A DNA stretch of 64,000 nucleotides from Candidatus Thorarchaeota archaeon (GTDB lineage Archaea; Asgardarchaeota; Thorarchaeia; Thorarchaeales; Thorarchaeaceae). The notes under the pieces are model-generated. The model worked only from the letters and a program-made list of their open reading frames with translations, searched no databases and was not told where the DNA came from. Numbering within the stretch: position 1 is the stretch's first letter; each line of letters begins with the position of its first letter. Of the stretch, positions 63,385-64,000 are shown in pieces. The position numbers and the translations under genes were made by a program. Where the stretch lies: positions 672,001 through 736,000 of the forward strand of contig CAVSBO010000003.1 of the NCBI GenBank assembly GCA_963726195.1, written 5' to 3'.

Positions 63385-64000
63385 CTATGGGAACAGACCA
63401 CGCTGCTCCATCACTGATGCTATTCTGCCTACGGCCAGCATGAATGCTGCCGTTCTCATGTGTACGTTTTCCTTCTTGGCAATGTCATAGACTTCGTGGA
63501 ATGCCTTCACCATGCGTGCCTCAAGTTTGGTATTCACTTCCTGTTCAGTCCAGTATTCGCGTCTCAGGTTCTGAAGCCATTCATAGTAAGAGACTGTCAC
63601 TCCTCCGGCATTGGCCAAGATGTCGGGAACAAGGAAGGTCCCACTCTTGTAGAGGACTTCATCAGCCTCTGGTGTAGTCGGGCCATTTGCACCCTCGATG
63701 ATTATCTTAGCGTTCACTGAGTCTACGTTGCTAGATGTAATCTCGTTCTCCAGAGCACAGGGGAACAGAAAATCGACATCGAGTTCGACCACCTTGTCAA
63801 GCGGTATCTCTTTCGATCCGGGGAAACCCTTTACCGTGCCGGTCCTTGCCTTGAAGTCACCGACTTTGCGAGCATCCAAACCATCAGGATTGTAGATTGC
63901 GCCTTGGGAGTCGCTACATGCAACGACTCTCATGCGGAGATCTTGGGCAAGCCATGCCGAGTTGTACCCAACGTTTCCGTATCCAGTCACTGCTACAGTG
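63385..64000 (-). CDS. gdhA: Second glutamate dehydrogenase, C-terminal part (truncated by window edge)
   Basis: GYGNVG, EGANGPTT, PDILANAGGVTVSYYEW, RGLFP. Confidence 0.93.
   Translation of the reverse strand, partial: TVAVTGYGNVGYNSAWLAQDLRMRVVACSDSQGAIYNPDGLDARKVGDFKARTGTVKGFPGSKEIPLDKVVELDVDFLFPCALENEITSSNVDSVNAKIIIEGANGPTTPEADEVLYKSGTFLVPDILANAGGVTVSYYEWLQNLRREYWTEQEVNTKLEARMVKAFHEVYDIAKKENVHMRTAAFMLAVGRIASVMEQRGLFP

Noticed and set aside
1-64000. CRISPR arrays, IS elements, proviral genes, rRNA or tRNA genes
   Set aside because: No spaced direct-repeat array, transposase/integrase motif or stable-RNA signature seen by eye; weak cases could be missed without software.

Overview
Archaeal chromosomal segment, roughly 52% GC by eye. 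Gene content points to an Asgard archaeon, probably Thorarchaeia: an ESCRT-II/Vps22-like domain, uDENN/longin proteins, a longin-fused small GTPase, eS25, a histone and a giant Ig-repeat surface protein. This placement is inferred from protein families, with no marker RNA in the window. About 50 genes are present. DNA metabolism: XPB, a p52-like partner, an RFC small subunit, degenerate Cdc6 and RadA paralogs. Redox and amino-acid catabolism: Bcp x2, malic enzyme, GlcD/GlcF-like pair, GcvH, IlvE, AOR with ferredoxin-like subunit, GDH x2. Translation: GluRS, ThiI, AlaX, eS25. No rRNA, tRNA, CRISPR or transposase was recognised. Highlights: (1) two tandem DapA-family aldolase::Fae fusions with reciprocally degenerate active sites, suggesting an undescribed heteromeric formaldehyde-channelling enzyme; (2) two highly structured unassigned ncRNA candidates and a possible C/D-box sRNA flanking that operon; (3) a eukaryote-signature cluster (Vps22 fusion, uDENN-wHTH, longin-GTPase); (4) a three-paralog membrane-protein operon; (5) all 13 reading-frame disruptions I found lie on or next to AGCT or TCGA, most likely methylation-linked long-read errors, so the split genes are treated as intact. 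All family calls come from motif recognition by eye; no searches were run.
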